Shown in pieces: positions 36,456-44,684 of a DNA stretch of 46,814 bases. This DNA comes from a virus (taxonomy: Duplodnaviria; Caudoviricetes), in IMG/VR virus record IMGVR_UViG_3300010366_000018, positions 1 to 46,814 of that record. One strand, given 5' to 3'. Below the pieces are notes generated by a model. The model was not told the origin of the DNA. It was given only the letters and a program-made list of their open reading frames with translations, and ran no database searches. Numbering within the stretch: the first letter of the stretch is position 1; each line of letters begins with the position of its first letter. The position numbers and the translations under genes are program-made.

Positions 36456-36992
36456 ATGGCAACGAAGCGTAGAGCACCTCGAGGGTTTCGCAAGGGTCCA
36501 AACTCAGTGGCCCTGGCCAAAAATCCGACCAAATCAGAGCTAGCCAGAGCGGTTCCGGACCATATCGAGCCCTCTGTGGACCCAAACCAGCCGTTCGCGG
36601 TCAAAATGGAGTGGGATGACGTCCGTGAAGCAGCCGCGCGTCTATATGGCCGTGGCTATAGGAGAACCCAGATAGCGCGAGCTCTCCTGGACCACTTATA
36701 TCCGTCCAATGGCATGGCACGGACCGACGAACAGCGCCTGAGCACGGCATGTCACAAGTTGCGGAGGTGGGAGTACAGCCAAGAGTTCCGAGATCTCGTG
36801 TATAAGTACGCGGTTGTGGACCTGGACATGGACACTCCCGCGATCCTCGTGGGTCTGAGCAAACGCGCCAAGCGAGGCCGCGTAGATGCGGCGCGTCTCG
36901 CACTCGAATTGACTGGCCGTCACTCCAAGGATTCGGACACGGCGCCGGTGAACGTGACCGTGAACCTCGCCAACGTGGCTAGGCCAGAGTGA
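36456..36992 (+). CDS. Putative terminase small subunit
   Basis: HTH-like region (TQIARAL...LRRWEYSQEF), AKRGRVDAARLALELTG, C-terminal VNVTVN strand. Confidence 0.65.
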   Translation: MATKRRAPRGFRKGPNSVALAKNPTKSELARAVPDHIEPSVDPNQPFAVKMEWDDVREAAARLYGRGYRRTQIARALLDHLYPSNGMARTDEQRLSTACHKLRRWEYSQEFRDLVYKYAVVDLDMDTPAILVGLSKRAKRGRVDAARLALELTGRHSKDSDTAPVNVTVNLANVARPE

Positions 36993-37076
36993 GGTCGAGC
37001 TTTATGGCCGCGGGCACTAGTACAGGCCCTACTGTGGGTTCTCAGTCAGTGGGCTCGATGGCCACCACACCAACTA

Positions 37077-37112
37077 AAATGAGAGGCCCCGCCGCAGCAG
37101 GGCCCCTCATTT
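37077..37112 (-). terminator. Intrinsic terminator after the HTH gene
   Basis: AAATGAGGGGCCC-loop-GGGCCTCTCATTTT directly after the stop at 37115. Confidence 0.7.
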
Positions 37113-37114
37113 GG

Positions 37115-37318
37115 TTACGCCTTCGCGGAACCGGCCTTGTTCTTGGCGAACACCTTGCGGGCCTCGGCGCAAACCTTCGCCGGGATCACCCAGGACGTGT
37201 TCTTGGCCTCAGCCGTGCGGGTGTGCTCCTTGCGGAGCCAGTTGCGAAGGACCTTCGCGTCGATGCCCAGCTCAGCGGCCAACTCCTTCGGAGTCATGGT
37301 CTTGGACGTGGATGCCAT
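37115..37318 (-). CDS. Small HTH DNA-binding protein (paralogue A)
   Basis: MTPKELAAELGIDAKVLRNWLRKEHTR...KNTSW; AAGGAGGTG RBS. Confidence 0.8.
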   Translation of the reverse strand: MASTSKTMTPKELAAELGIDAKVLRNWLRKEHTRTAEAKNTSWVIPAKVCAEARKVFAKNKAGSAKA

Positions 37319-37363
37319 GTTTTTCACCTCCTTCGCGCGTGTGGTGTTGTGATTCATATACAC

Positions 37364-37392
37364 AGTTTACATCACGTGGTAGCCGCAGTCAA
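37364..37392 (-). promoter_or_regulatory. Early sigma70-type promoter
   Basis: TTGACT-17 nt-TAAACT. Confidence 0.65.
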
Positions 37393-37579
37393 TAGGGTCC
37401 ACAGCAATTTACAAACCCTTTACAAACCGCAGTTGGCGCTGGACCGTGGGTTCCAAGCCAGTCGGCCGGGAGGCCGCACTAGTACAGGCCGTTCGGTGGG
37501 TTCTAAGCCAGAGGGCCACTCCGCCACCGCGCCCACTCCAAACCCGCGCGAGGCGGGCATGGAGCGTGTCGGATCGAGG

Positions 37580-37717
37580 TCAGTCGTCGGACACAAACAG
37601 GAACGGTGCAAGGCGACGGAGCATGGAGCAGATGCGGTCGGCAGATGTGGTGATCGCATAGCACACGGCGTTGGCGATCAGCACGGATATGGCGATGAGT
37701 ACGAGCGCGTCGATCAT
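37580..37717 (-). CDS. Small membrane protein (45 aa)
   Basis: GAAAGGG RBS; hydrophobic MIDALVLIAISVLIANAVCYAI. Confidence 0.5.
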   Translation of the reverse strand: MIDALVLIAISVLIANAVCYAITTSADRICSMLRRLAPFLFVSDD

Positions 37718-37737
37718 GTTGCCCTTTCGTCGTGTTG

Positions 37738-37776
37738 TCGTGTGTGTCGCACACGTTATGTGTACGACACACACGA
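37738..37776 (-). terminator. Long hairpin after HTH paralogue B
   Basis: TCGTGTGTGTCGTACAC / GTGTGCGACACACACGA, 17-bp stem with one G-U pair. Confidence 0.6.
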
Positions 37777-37786
37777 TGCAAGCGCG

Positions 37787-37966
37787 TTACGCGTCGCGCT
37801 TCGCAAACGCCTTACGTGCAGCGTTGCACGTTTTCGCGTCAAGCGCCCACGACGTGTTTTTCACGTTCACAGGGCGCGTGTGATGCTTGCGAAGCCACCC
37901 GCGCAGCGTCTTCGGCGAGATGTTCAGCTCGCCAGCCAGCTCGGTCGGTGTCATCACCTTTGCCAT
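37787..37966 (-). CDS. Small HTH DNA-binding protein (paralogue B)
   Basis: MTPTELAGELNISPKTLRGWLRKHHTR...KNTSW; AAAGGGGGTG RBS. Confidence 0.8.
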   Translation of the reverse strand: MAKVMTPTELAGELNISPKTLRGWLRKHHTRPVNVKNTSWALDAKTCNAARKAFAKRDA

Positions 37967-38034
37967 GTCGTCACCCCCTTTCGTGTGTTCGTTGTTCACG
38001 ATGTGATTATTGCACACAACGACGCGCCATTGTG

Positions 38035-38152
38035 TAATGATTGTGTAAATCAAACACACGATGTGTCAATCATTCACAACCGAAATGATTTGACGTTTCA
38101 ATCGTTCACGTCGCAATCGTTGAATGTTTCAATGATTCACACGTTCAACGAA
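38035..38152. repeat. AT-rich degenerate array with ~16-bp period
   Basis: CAAT(C/G)(A/G)TT-like units at 38035, 38067, 38083, 38099, 38114, 38130. Confidence 0.65.
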
Positions 38153-38264
38153 CCCCCCCTGCCGTGCGTCGAAGGAGGAATTACGAAGGTTTTACACACG
38201 CGCGGAGCGAAGCGAGAAGGAGACCTCACAGTTGCTGCCAGGCAGACCACGTACGAGGAGAGAT

Positions 38265-38417
38265 ATGCCGCGTAGACCAAAGAGTGTGTTCCGCGCACCA
38301 AAGGTCCATGGTGTTGGCCCAACCTCACATCAGGGCTCTGTGGGGAAGGCGACCAATATCTGGCGCAACCCAAGGAAGCCCTCGACCAGGAAAGGATGGA
38401 AGCCCTATGGGAGTTGA
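38265..38417 (+). CDS. Small basic hypothetical protein (50 aa)
   Basis: GAGGAG RBS + ATG. Confidence 0.6.
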   Translation: MPRRPKSVFRAPKVHGVGPTSHQGSVGKATNIWRNPRKPSTRKGWKPYGS

Positions 38418-38616
38418 CGATGGCATGGAGGGTGGCGCCGATCCGGCAGGTTGCGCTGGCGGCGGATCCGACGTGAAGACAGGCTCCTACGATGGCGACG
38501 GTGATCGTGACACCGAGTACGCCGGCTCACCAGGTGGTGGCGGAGACGTCAGTCCACCTGCCGGGTCGGGTACTGGCGGACAGCCTCGCCCGGAAGGATT
38601 CGTAGACCGTGCCTGA
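38407..38616 (+). CDS. Gly/Asp-rich hypothetical protein (69 aa)
   Basis: Overlaps both neighbours. Confidence 0.55.
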   Translation: MGVDDGMEGGADPAGCAGGGSDVKTGSYDGDGDRDTEYAGSPGGGGDVSPPAGSGTGGQPRPEGFVDRA

Positions 38617-39004
38617 CACCACCAACTACAACGCGCTCGCAGGCACTCTGCTGACCAAGGGTTTCGCCAACCAGTCCCTGGGTGCTGGCGGAACCATCAA
38701 CCAGGATGCCTCTGTCACGGGAAGCGACTGGATGACCGTCACCGGTAGCCTTGGCCCGACGGCTGCCGCTGCTGGCGACCTCACCTGTCAGGTCTTCCCC
38801 TACGCCAACGACGGAATCACGATCCTCGGCACCCCGCTCGTCCCAGCCGCGGGCTTCGGGTATACCGGCACACTGGTCGCCAGCAAGTCGGAGCTCACCC
38901 AGAAGTACGACGTCTCGGGCTACGACATGGTACGGGTCGTGTGGAAGAACAACAACGCAGGAGCCCTGCCGATCAAGGCGGGCTGGGAGGAGGAGAGCTG
39001 GTAA
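38609..39004 (+). CDS. Hypothetical, possibly structural beta protein (131 aa)
   Basis: Strong phage codon bias; G/T/A-rich composition. Confidence 0.7.
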   Translation: MPDTTNYNALAGTLLTKGFANQSLGAGGTINQDASVTGSDWMTVTGSLGPTAAAAGDLTCQVFPYANDGITILGTPLVPAAGFGYTGTLVASKSELTQKYDVSGYDMVRVVWKNNNAGALPIKAGWEEESW

Positions 39005-39096
39005 TGGGGACTCAGGCCCCCGCATGGATCCTGGCCATCTCGGTGGCCGTCATCGCGTTCATCCAGATCCTGGTCTGGACAGGACGCAAGCCATAA
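39004..39096 (+). CDS. Small single-TM peptide (30 aa, not in ORF track)
   Basis: TAATG coupling; MGTQAPAWILAISVAVIAFIQILVWTGRKP. Confidence 0.6.
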   Translation: MGTQAPAWILAISVAVIAFIQILVWTGRKP

Positions 39097-39111
39097 GGAG
39101 GACCACCACAG

Positions 39112-39405
39112 ATGACCTTCACAATCCACGTCGATGGGCACGACGACCTCGAGGCCGAGGCCAAGGCTGCGTTCGAGAACGGTCTCGTCTCGATGGTCAC
39201 CGAACTCATCGCGGACATCAAGGGTGGCGCTGGTGTCACCATCTCACGTGCGGACGTGACGACCAACACGACAGGGCCTGTGGACGTGCTCGCTGCCACT
39301 GAGGGCAACCCGCCCGCAGTCGACGAGGACCATCCCGCCGAACCCGTACCTGAGCCGGCGTCCGACGCTGAAGCGGCGCCTGAGGACGAATCGGCCACTG
39401 AGTAG
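39112..39405 (+). CDS. Hypothetical protein (97 aa)
   Basis: AAGGAGG RBS; strong codon bias. Confidence 0.7.
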   Translation: MTFTIHVDGHDDLEAEAKAAFENGLVSMVTELIADIKGGAGVTISRADVTTNTTGPVDVLAATEGNPPAVDEDHPAEPVPEPASDAEAAPEDESATE

Positions 39406-39430
39406 TACCACCTCCCCTGGAGGGGTTCAC

Positions 39431-40918
39431 ATGAAACCAGCCGCCAACGTCACTCTTCCATATTCCCCGAACCCGAAGCAGCAGGAGTTCCATGGTCTGA
39501 AGGCCAAGTACAGGGGCTTCTGCGGTGGGTGGGGTAACGGGAAGACCACTGCTGGTTGTGTGGAGTTCTTCCTTCGCCTGATCGAGTACCCCGGAACCAA
39601 CGCAATCGTCAGCCGTAAGACGCGTCCTGAGCTCAAGGCCACTACTTGGGACATGCTCATCAACGGTGATACGCAGGACACGGGGTGGACCGGGATTCCC
39701 AAGTCGACGATCCGCCAATACCGTGTATCGGATCTGTACGTAGAGCTCATCAACGGCTCGAGGATTCATGGCCTGCCTCTCGACGACCCTGCGAAGCTCG
39801 AGAACTACAACCTCGGGCTGTTCCTGCTCGATCAGGCGGAGGAGGTGGAAGAGGACATCCTGCTAAAGATCCACGGTCGTCTCAGGCAGAACCGCGCCCC
39901 GCGTGAGGGGTTACTACTGTTCAACCCCAACGGCCACAACTGGCTGTGGCGCCGCTTCATCGACTCAGACCGTCCTGACAACTGGCGTCGGCTTTACAAG
40001 GTCGTTGAGGCGACACCATTCGACAACCCCAACCTCCCCGAAGACTATATGGAGCAATTCGAGGGCCTTCCGACACATTGGTATGATCGGTTTGTCAAGG
40101 GCTCCCACGATGTCTTCACGGGACAGATCTTTGTTGACTACAACCCTGAGGTTCACGAGATAGACCCCTTCAGGATCCCCAGCGACTGGGAACGATGGTG
40201 GTGCTTCGATCCGGGTATGCGCCACGAGGCATGTTCGTTCTGGCTGGCGCGGGACTTCGATGGGAACTGCTACGTCTATCGCGAGATCCTCGAACCCAAC
40301 CAGACCATAGAGTGGTGGGCACAAGCGACGTTTGCTGCGGAGGCTGAAGATGACTGGGGCGGACCTGATGAAGAGATCTTCCGGCGTCTTGTTGGACCCG
40401 AAGCCAGACAGCGATCCCAGAACGATGGGAAGTCCGTATATGACCTCCTTGGAGAGAACGGACTATACCCTGAGTTCTCTGATCGAGACCCCTCCGCCCG
40501 CATTTCACGGATCACCGAGTACCTTCGACCCGCAGCTGGACATCTACATCCATTCCGGTCTGTGGCGCCACAGTCTGAGGGATCACCTAGACTCTATATA
40601 TTCCGCGACGATGAGCAGGTGCCGCGCTTGCGCGAATACCTCCCCCAGTACCGCTGGAAGCCGCAGCGGACGAACTTCACCGAAGAGGACTCAGCAGAGA
40701 AGCCGCGCAAGAAGGACGACCACAACATCGACTGCCTCGGACATATCCTCGTTGCAATGGACGAGCTTCCTGATGCTCCGATGGAAAATCGGCATCGCAC
40801 CGCTGCTGATATGGAAGCCGCAGAACTTGATGCCCACTTCGACCGAGAGCTCGAACTTGCCGTCGAGCGGTCTATTGCTCGTGGCTACAGACCCGGTTAT
40901 GCAAGCACCGTCGGATAG
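39431..40918 (+). CDS. terL: Terminase large subunit
   Basis: P.PKQ..FH, GGWGNGKT Walker A, FLLDQAEE Walker B, FNP, TPFDNPNLP, FDPG and KKDDH..DC nuclease motifs. Confidence 0.93.
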   Translation: MKPAANVTLPYSPNPKQQEFHGLKAKYRGFCGGWGNGKTTAGCVEFFLRLIEYPGTNAIVSRKTRPELKATTWDMLINGDTQDTGWTGIPKSTIRQYRVSDLYVELINGSRIHGLPLDDPAKLENYNLGLFLLDQAEEVEEDILLKIHGRLRQNRAPREGLLLFNPNGHNWLWRRFIDSDRPDNWRRLYKVVEATPFDNPNLPEDYMEQFEGLPTHWYDRFVKGSHDVFTGQIFVDYNPEVHEIDPFRIPSDWERWWCFDPGMRHEACSFWLARDFDGNCYVYREILEPNQTIEWWAQATFAAEAEDDWGGPDEEIFRRLVGPEARQRSQNDGKSVYDLLGENGLYPEFSDRDPSARISRITEYLRPAAGHLHPFRSVAPQSEGSPRLYIFRDDEQVPRLREYLPQYRWKPQRTNFTEEDSAEKPRKKDDHNIDCLGHILVAMDELPDAPMENRHRTAADMEAAELDAHFDRELELAVERSIARGYRPGYASTVG

Positions 40919-40926
40919 GAGGGAGT

Positions 40927-41415
40927 ATGGCAACATCAGCTGAGCGCAAGAGGGCAGCAGCGGTGATGGACTACCTGGTCAATCACACGGGCAAGGTGCA
41001 CTACAGGCAGTCACGCCCCATGAGCACCAGGTGGATCAACACGATGGACGAGCTCAGAAAGGCGATCGCTCGCTCGGGCGGCATCACCTGCGACTGCAGT
41101 GAGTCCGTCACCCTCATCTGCCACATCGCTGGCATGAACGACCCCAACGGCTTCAAGTACAACGGCTACGGCTACACCGGCACCATCCTGAACTACTGCA
41201 AGCCGCACTACACCGACCCCTCGAAGGCCAACATCGGCGCGCTCGTTGTCTGTGGTCCAGGTGCTGGGGACCACGTAATGATGGTGCGTCGGCCAGGCAA
41301 GGATCCGCTGCTGTTCTCGCATGGTGGTGAGTACGATCCGAAGTTCGTCCGCTGGTCGCGGATCGTGCCGTACCTGCGTCGGCCTGCAGTGATCTGCTCA
41401 GCCAACAAGCTATAG
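40927..41415 (+). CDS. Putative endolysin, NlpC/P60-like cysteine peptidase
   Basis: VHY.Q.RP, CDCS (catalytic Cys), GYTGT, DHVMM, FSHG; followed by a TM gene. Confidence 0.7.
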   Translation: MATSAERKRAAAVMDYLVNHTGKVHYRQSRPMSTRWINTMDELRKAIARSGGITCDCSESVTLICHIAGMNDPNGFKYNGYGYTGTILNYCKPHYTDPSKANIGALVVCGPGAGDHVMMVRRPGKDPLLFSHGGEYDPKFVRWSRIVPYLRRPAVICSANKL

Positions 41416-41424
41416 CCATGTGTG

Positions 41425-41595
41425 ATGCTGGCCACGATCCCAGACGACTTGATTATCGGGGGCTTCTCCCTGCTAATCACGAGCATAGTGGGATCCGGCA
41501 TCGCCATCGCCAAACTCCACGGACGAGTGGCGAAGCTCGAGGAGGTAGAGCGACTGAGGGAACTCTGGAAGAACGGTAAGAAGGAGGAACAATGA
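41425..41595 (+). CDS. Putative holin / single-TM protein (56 aa, not in ORF track)
   Basis: LIIGGFSLLITSIVGSGIAIA then a charged coiled-coil tail; next to the endolysin. Confidence 0.55.
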   Translation: MLATIPDDLIIGGFSLLITSIVGSGIAIAKLHGRVAKLEEVERLRELWKNGKKEEQ

Positions 41596-41936
41596 ACCAC
41601 TACGTGAGCCTGGTGGAGCGCATGACGCTACCACCTGCGACCTGCATGAAGTGCGGCAAGGGCAACACGCCAGACGGTCAGACGGGAGAAATCGGACCGT
41701 ACCTCGACATGGGGCTGGAGTACAACTGGGGCGACAGCGGTTACTTGTGCATGGACTGTGTGGGCCTCATCGCTGTCACGGCGGGCTGGATCTCCCCCGA
41801 CAGCAAGAAGGAGCTCGAGAAGCAGGTCAAGCGCCTCGAGAAGAAGCTCCACGACAAGGATGCCGAGATCGAAGTGAGATCCAGGCGTGAATCCAGAGCG
41901 GTACGCCGCGCTCGTGCAGCGGAGTCCCTGACGTGA
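41592..41936 (+). CDS. Zinc-finger + coiled-coil hypothetical protein
   Basis: CMKC...CMDC; C-terminal heptads. Confidence 0.7.
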   Translation: MNHYVSLVERMTLPPATCMKCGKGNTPDGQTGEIGPYLDMGLEYNWGDSGYLCMDCVGLIAVTAGWISPDSKKELEKQVKRLEKKLHDKDAEIEVRSRRESRAVRRARAAESLT

Positions 41937-42310
41937 CCTGGGCGCTTTACGGCCTTCTCGTCATCGTTGTGGGTGTATTCTCGTTCAGCGTGTTCCTGTA
42001 TCTCCAGAGCGTCTCTCAAACTCTGGCTAACGCGATCCAAACACTCGAACGAGTACACGCGAACGACGGGAAGCGAATTGACCAGATCCTTGACCGCCTG
42101 TTGGCCATGGACTTCGAGACGTTCAAGCAGTACCAGCTTGCTGAAGAGGCTGACATTGGCGGCCAGGAGCTCTTCGAGGAGGAGCCCGAGGTCCGTCTCG
42201 AGGTACCAGGGGTTACTCGTAACTACGGAGAGGTCGATTTGCAGCGAGCCGCTGAAGAGCGACAGATCCTAATGGAAGATTTTCCAGCTGAGGAGGAAGC
42301 TCGGACATGA
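41933..42310 (+). CDS. Membrane-anchored hypothetical protein
   Basis: N-terminal TM helix; GTGA overlap. Confidence 0.7.
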   Translation: MTWALYGLLVIVVGVFSFSVFLYLQSVSQTLANAIQTLERVHANDGKRIDQILDRLLAMDFETFKQYQLAEEADIGGQELFEEEPEVRLEVPGVTRNYGEVDLQRAAEERQILMEDFPAEEEART

Positions 42311-44514
42311 GAATTGGCGAGTGTCATAAGGATTCTGATCTTCTTGCGGCACTCGAGAATGCTAGGGAGCGCCGACTGAACAGTAGACGCGGATGGGAAA
42401 TCGTCTGGTGGAACAACTTGGCGCTCGTGGCCGGCGATCACTATGCCACGTGGAATCCGATGCAGTCGATGTATGTCGACCGCGACCCGACCTTTGACCC
42501 GGTTGTGGACGCCAAAGAGAAGAAGCCCCGTATGGTCATCAACCATGCACTATCGGTTGCCCGGACCGAACTCTCAAAATTGACCAAGTCGAGGCCTATA
42601 ACGGACATTGTCGCCAATTCGGACGCCCCGCGGGACCTCGCAGCGGTGAAGGTCGGTCGAAGTGCTCTGGACTACGCAGAGTGGAAGTTCAAGTTGCCGA
42701 GACTACGCAAACAGGCCCTGTGGTGGATGATTCAATGTGGCCTCGGCGCTGTGTACGTCGGTTGGGACTCGCATGACGAGACGCAAGGGCGACTCAGCTA
42801 CATCGTGGACCCAGCTACGGGGGACCCAACATTCTCACCTGTCCGAAAACGGGAAATCCAAGCGATGGTTGACGATGGTACTCTTGATGAGGCACCTACC
42901 GTTGACTTTCCGCTGGGTGAGGTGGAGTTCAAAGTCTACTCCCCGTTCCAACTCTTCCCCGACGAGACTGCGTTGGACTGGGACGAGATCAAGGATCTCA
43001 TTACCACGGAGGTCGCTGACGTAGACGTTATCAAGGGCATGTACGGGAGGCCCGCCCGCGATATCCAGCCTGAGCAGGTGAACCTTGGCACCATGGAGCA
43101 GCGGGTGATGCAGCGTGCTGGGTGGGGTAATTGGAGCCAACAGACCGGCATGCAGGACAATGCCTGCTACATCCACACCTTCTGGCTCACCCCTAACGTC
43201 TACAGGGGTAATGGGTACCTCGAGAACGGCAAATACGTCAGATGGTGTCAGAGCAAGATCATCGACGCCTCCCCTGGCTTCCCGTTCCAGGATGGGCGGA
43301 TGCCGTTCGTGTTCTTCCAGCACATCCCACAGGCGACCTCGATTTGGCCTGACACGGTCATCAACCACATCCGCGGGCCGAACCTCGAGGTGGACAAGAT
43401 CGTGAGCCAGCTCATCGAGGCCAAGGATTACATGGCCAACCCGATGTGGCGCGTGGCGACGCAGCAGAAGGTCAAGGGCCAGATCAAGGCGGCAGCGGGA
43501 TCCATCTTGCGTTACGTACACGTGCCGAATGTACCGCCTCCTGAACCGATCCAGGGTCTGCAGTTGCCAGCTCAGGTGGAGTCGCTGCTAGCTGGGTTGC
43601 GTGAGCAGATCATGGAGATCTCGGGCCAGTCGGAGGTCGCACACGGCAACGTCCCGACTGGCGTGCGTTCCGGCGTTGCTGTCGCTTACCTGCAGGAGGA
43701 GGACGACACGAAGATAGCGCCGACTATCGAGAACATGGAGTACGCCATCGCTCTCGAGGGCTCACTCACGCTCGAGCGTTTCTCTCAGTTCTATGTCACC
43801 GACAGGATCATCCAGTTCTACAAGCCCGATGGTCGGTTCGATGCCATGAAGTTCAAAGGGGCTAACCTCAAGGACAACACGCAGGTGATTTGCCAAGCTG
43901 GGAGCGCCATGCCCAGGTCCAAAGCGGCACGCCAGCAATACACGCTGGAGTTAGTGTCCCTCGGTATACTCACCGACCCCGAGCAGATCGAGGAGATGCT
44001 GGATCTTGGTAATGGCGCTCCCTCCGTCAAGGACATGAACGTGAACCAGGCCAACCGTGAGAACAACATCATGCTCCACGGCCTCGCCATGGGCATGTTC
44101 AATCTACCCAAGAACGCCGACGAAAGCGACGTGCAGCAGACCGTCAGTGCGGCGGTACCGGTCAAGGCGTGGCAGGACCACGCGACTCACATCGAGCACC
44201 ACACCATGCAAATGATGGATGAGGAGTTCGACAAGCTGAGTATATCTCACCCCGGCATCGTCCGGCTCTTCGACGAACATGTTGCTATGCACCAAAAGAT
44301 GATGGCGGACCAGCAGGCTGCAGCTGCTCAGGCGCAAGCGGCAGCGAAGGGCGCCCCCGAAGGTGCTGGCGGCATTCCCGCTGGGAACGGTGGACCACCT
44401 CCACCCGGTACGCCCGGCATGGTCAGGCAGAACACACAGATCCCCGACATCATCGGAGGTGGGCAAACGCAGATGACAGCTCGCCGTGAGCCACCACTAC
44501 CGACGAGGCGATAA
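42307..44514 (+). CDS. Portal protein (P22-like podovirus type)
   Basis: 735 aa; MVIN...KLTKSRP, VYSPF..FPD, MEISG.SEV..G....V.SGVA...LQE.D; between TerL and scaffold. Confidence 0.85.
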   Translation: MRIGECHKDSDLLAALENARERRLNSRRGWEIVWWNNLALVAGDHYATWNPMQSMYVDRDPTFDPVVDAKEKKPRMVINHALSVARTELSKLTKSRPITDIVANSDAPRDLAAVKVGRSALDYAEWKFKLPRLRKQALWWMIQCGLGAVYVGWDSHDETQGRLSYIVDPATGDPTFSPVRKREIQAMVDDGTLDEAPTVDFPLGEVEFKVYSPFQLFPDETALDWDEIKDLITTEVADVDVIKGMYGRPARDIQPEQVNLGTMEQRVMQRAGWGNWSQQTGMQDNACYIHTFWLTPNVYRGNGYLENGKYVRWCQSKIIDASPGFPFQDGRMPFVFFQHIPQATSIWPDTVINHIRGPNLEVDKIVSQLIEAKDYMANPMWRVATQQKVKGQIKAAAGSILRYVHVPNVPPPEPIQGLQLPAQVESLLAGLREQIMEISGQSEVAHGNVPTGVRSGVAVAYLQEEDDTKIAPTIENMEYAIALEGSLTLERFSQFYVTDRIIQFYKPDGRFDAMKFKGANLKDNTQVICQAGSAMPRSKAARQQYTLELVSLGILTDPEQIEEMLDLGNGAPSVKDMNVNQANRENNIMLHGLAMGMFNLPKNADESDVQQTVSAAVPVKAWQDHATHIEHHTMQMMDEEFDKLSISHPGIVRLFDEHVAMHQKMMADQQAAAAQAQAAAKGAPEGAGGIPAGNGGPPPPGTPGMVRQNTQIPDIIGGGQTQMTARREPPLPTRR

Positions 44515-44684
44515 TGCCCTACTCCAACATGCCTAAGTCGATGTGGCCCAGGATGGAGCGCTGCGTCGCAGATGTGAAGAAGAAGGGCAAGGGCAAGAAT
44601 GCCTACGCCATCTGCTACTCGTCCATCATGGGTTCAGACGTAGCATCCGCTGCGAGGAAGAGGTTGAAGGGAGGTAAGAAGTGA
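44514..44684 (+). CDS. Small basic hypothetical protein (56 aa, not in ORF track)
   Basis: TAATG and GTGA coupling; MERCVADVKKKG..NAYAIC. Confidence 0.65.
   Translation: MPYSNMPKSMWPRMERCVADVKKKGKGKNAYAICYSSIMGSDVASAARKRLKGGKK

Larger units (their letters stand above)
37014..37516 (+). repeat. 41-bp imperfect direct repeat (37014-37054, 37476-37516) plus partial copy at 37446
   Basis: GCACTAGTACAGGCC-N5-GTGGGTTCT-N-AG-N-CAG-N-GGGC, 33/41 identical. Confidence 0.85.

Noticed and set aside
38035-38152. CRISPR array
   Set aside because: Units are degenerate, ~16 bp, with no spacers; the Cas4-like nuclease is an ordinary phage recombination exonuclease
36989-38275. 428-aa plus-strand ORF overlapping the TerS stop
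   Set aside because: Antisense to two clear HTH genes with their own RBSs; crosses repeats and hairpins; translation is not protein-like
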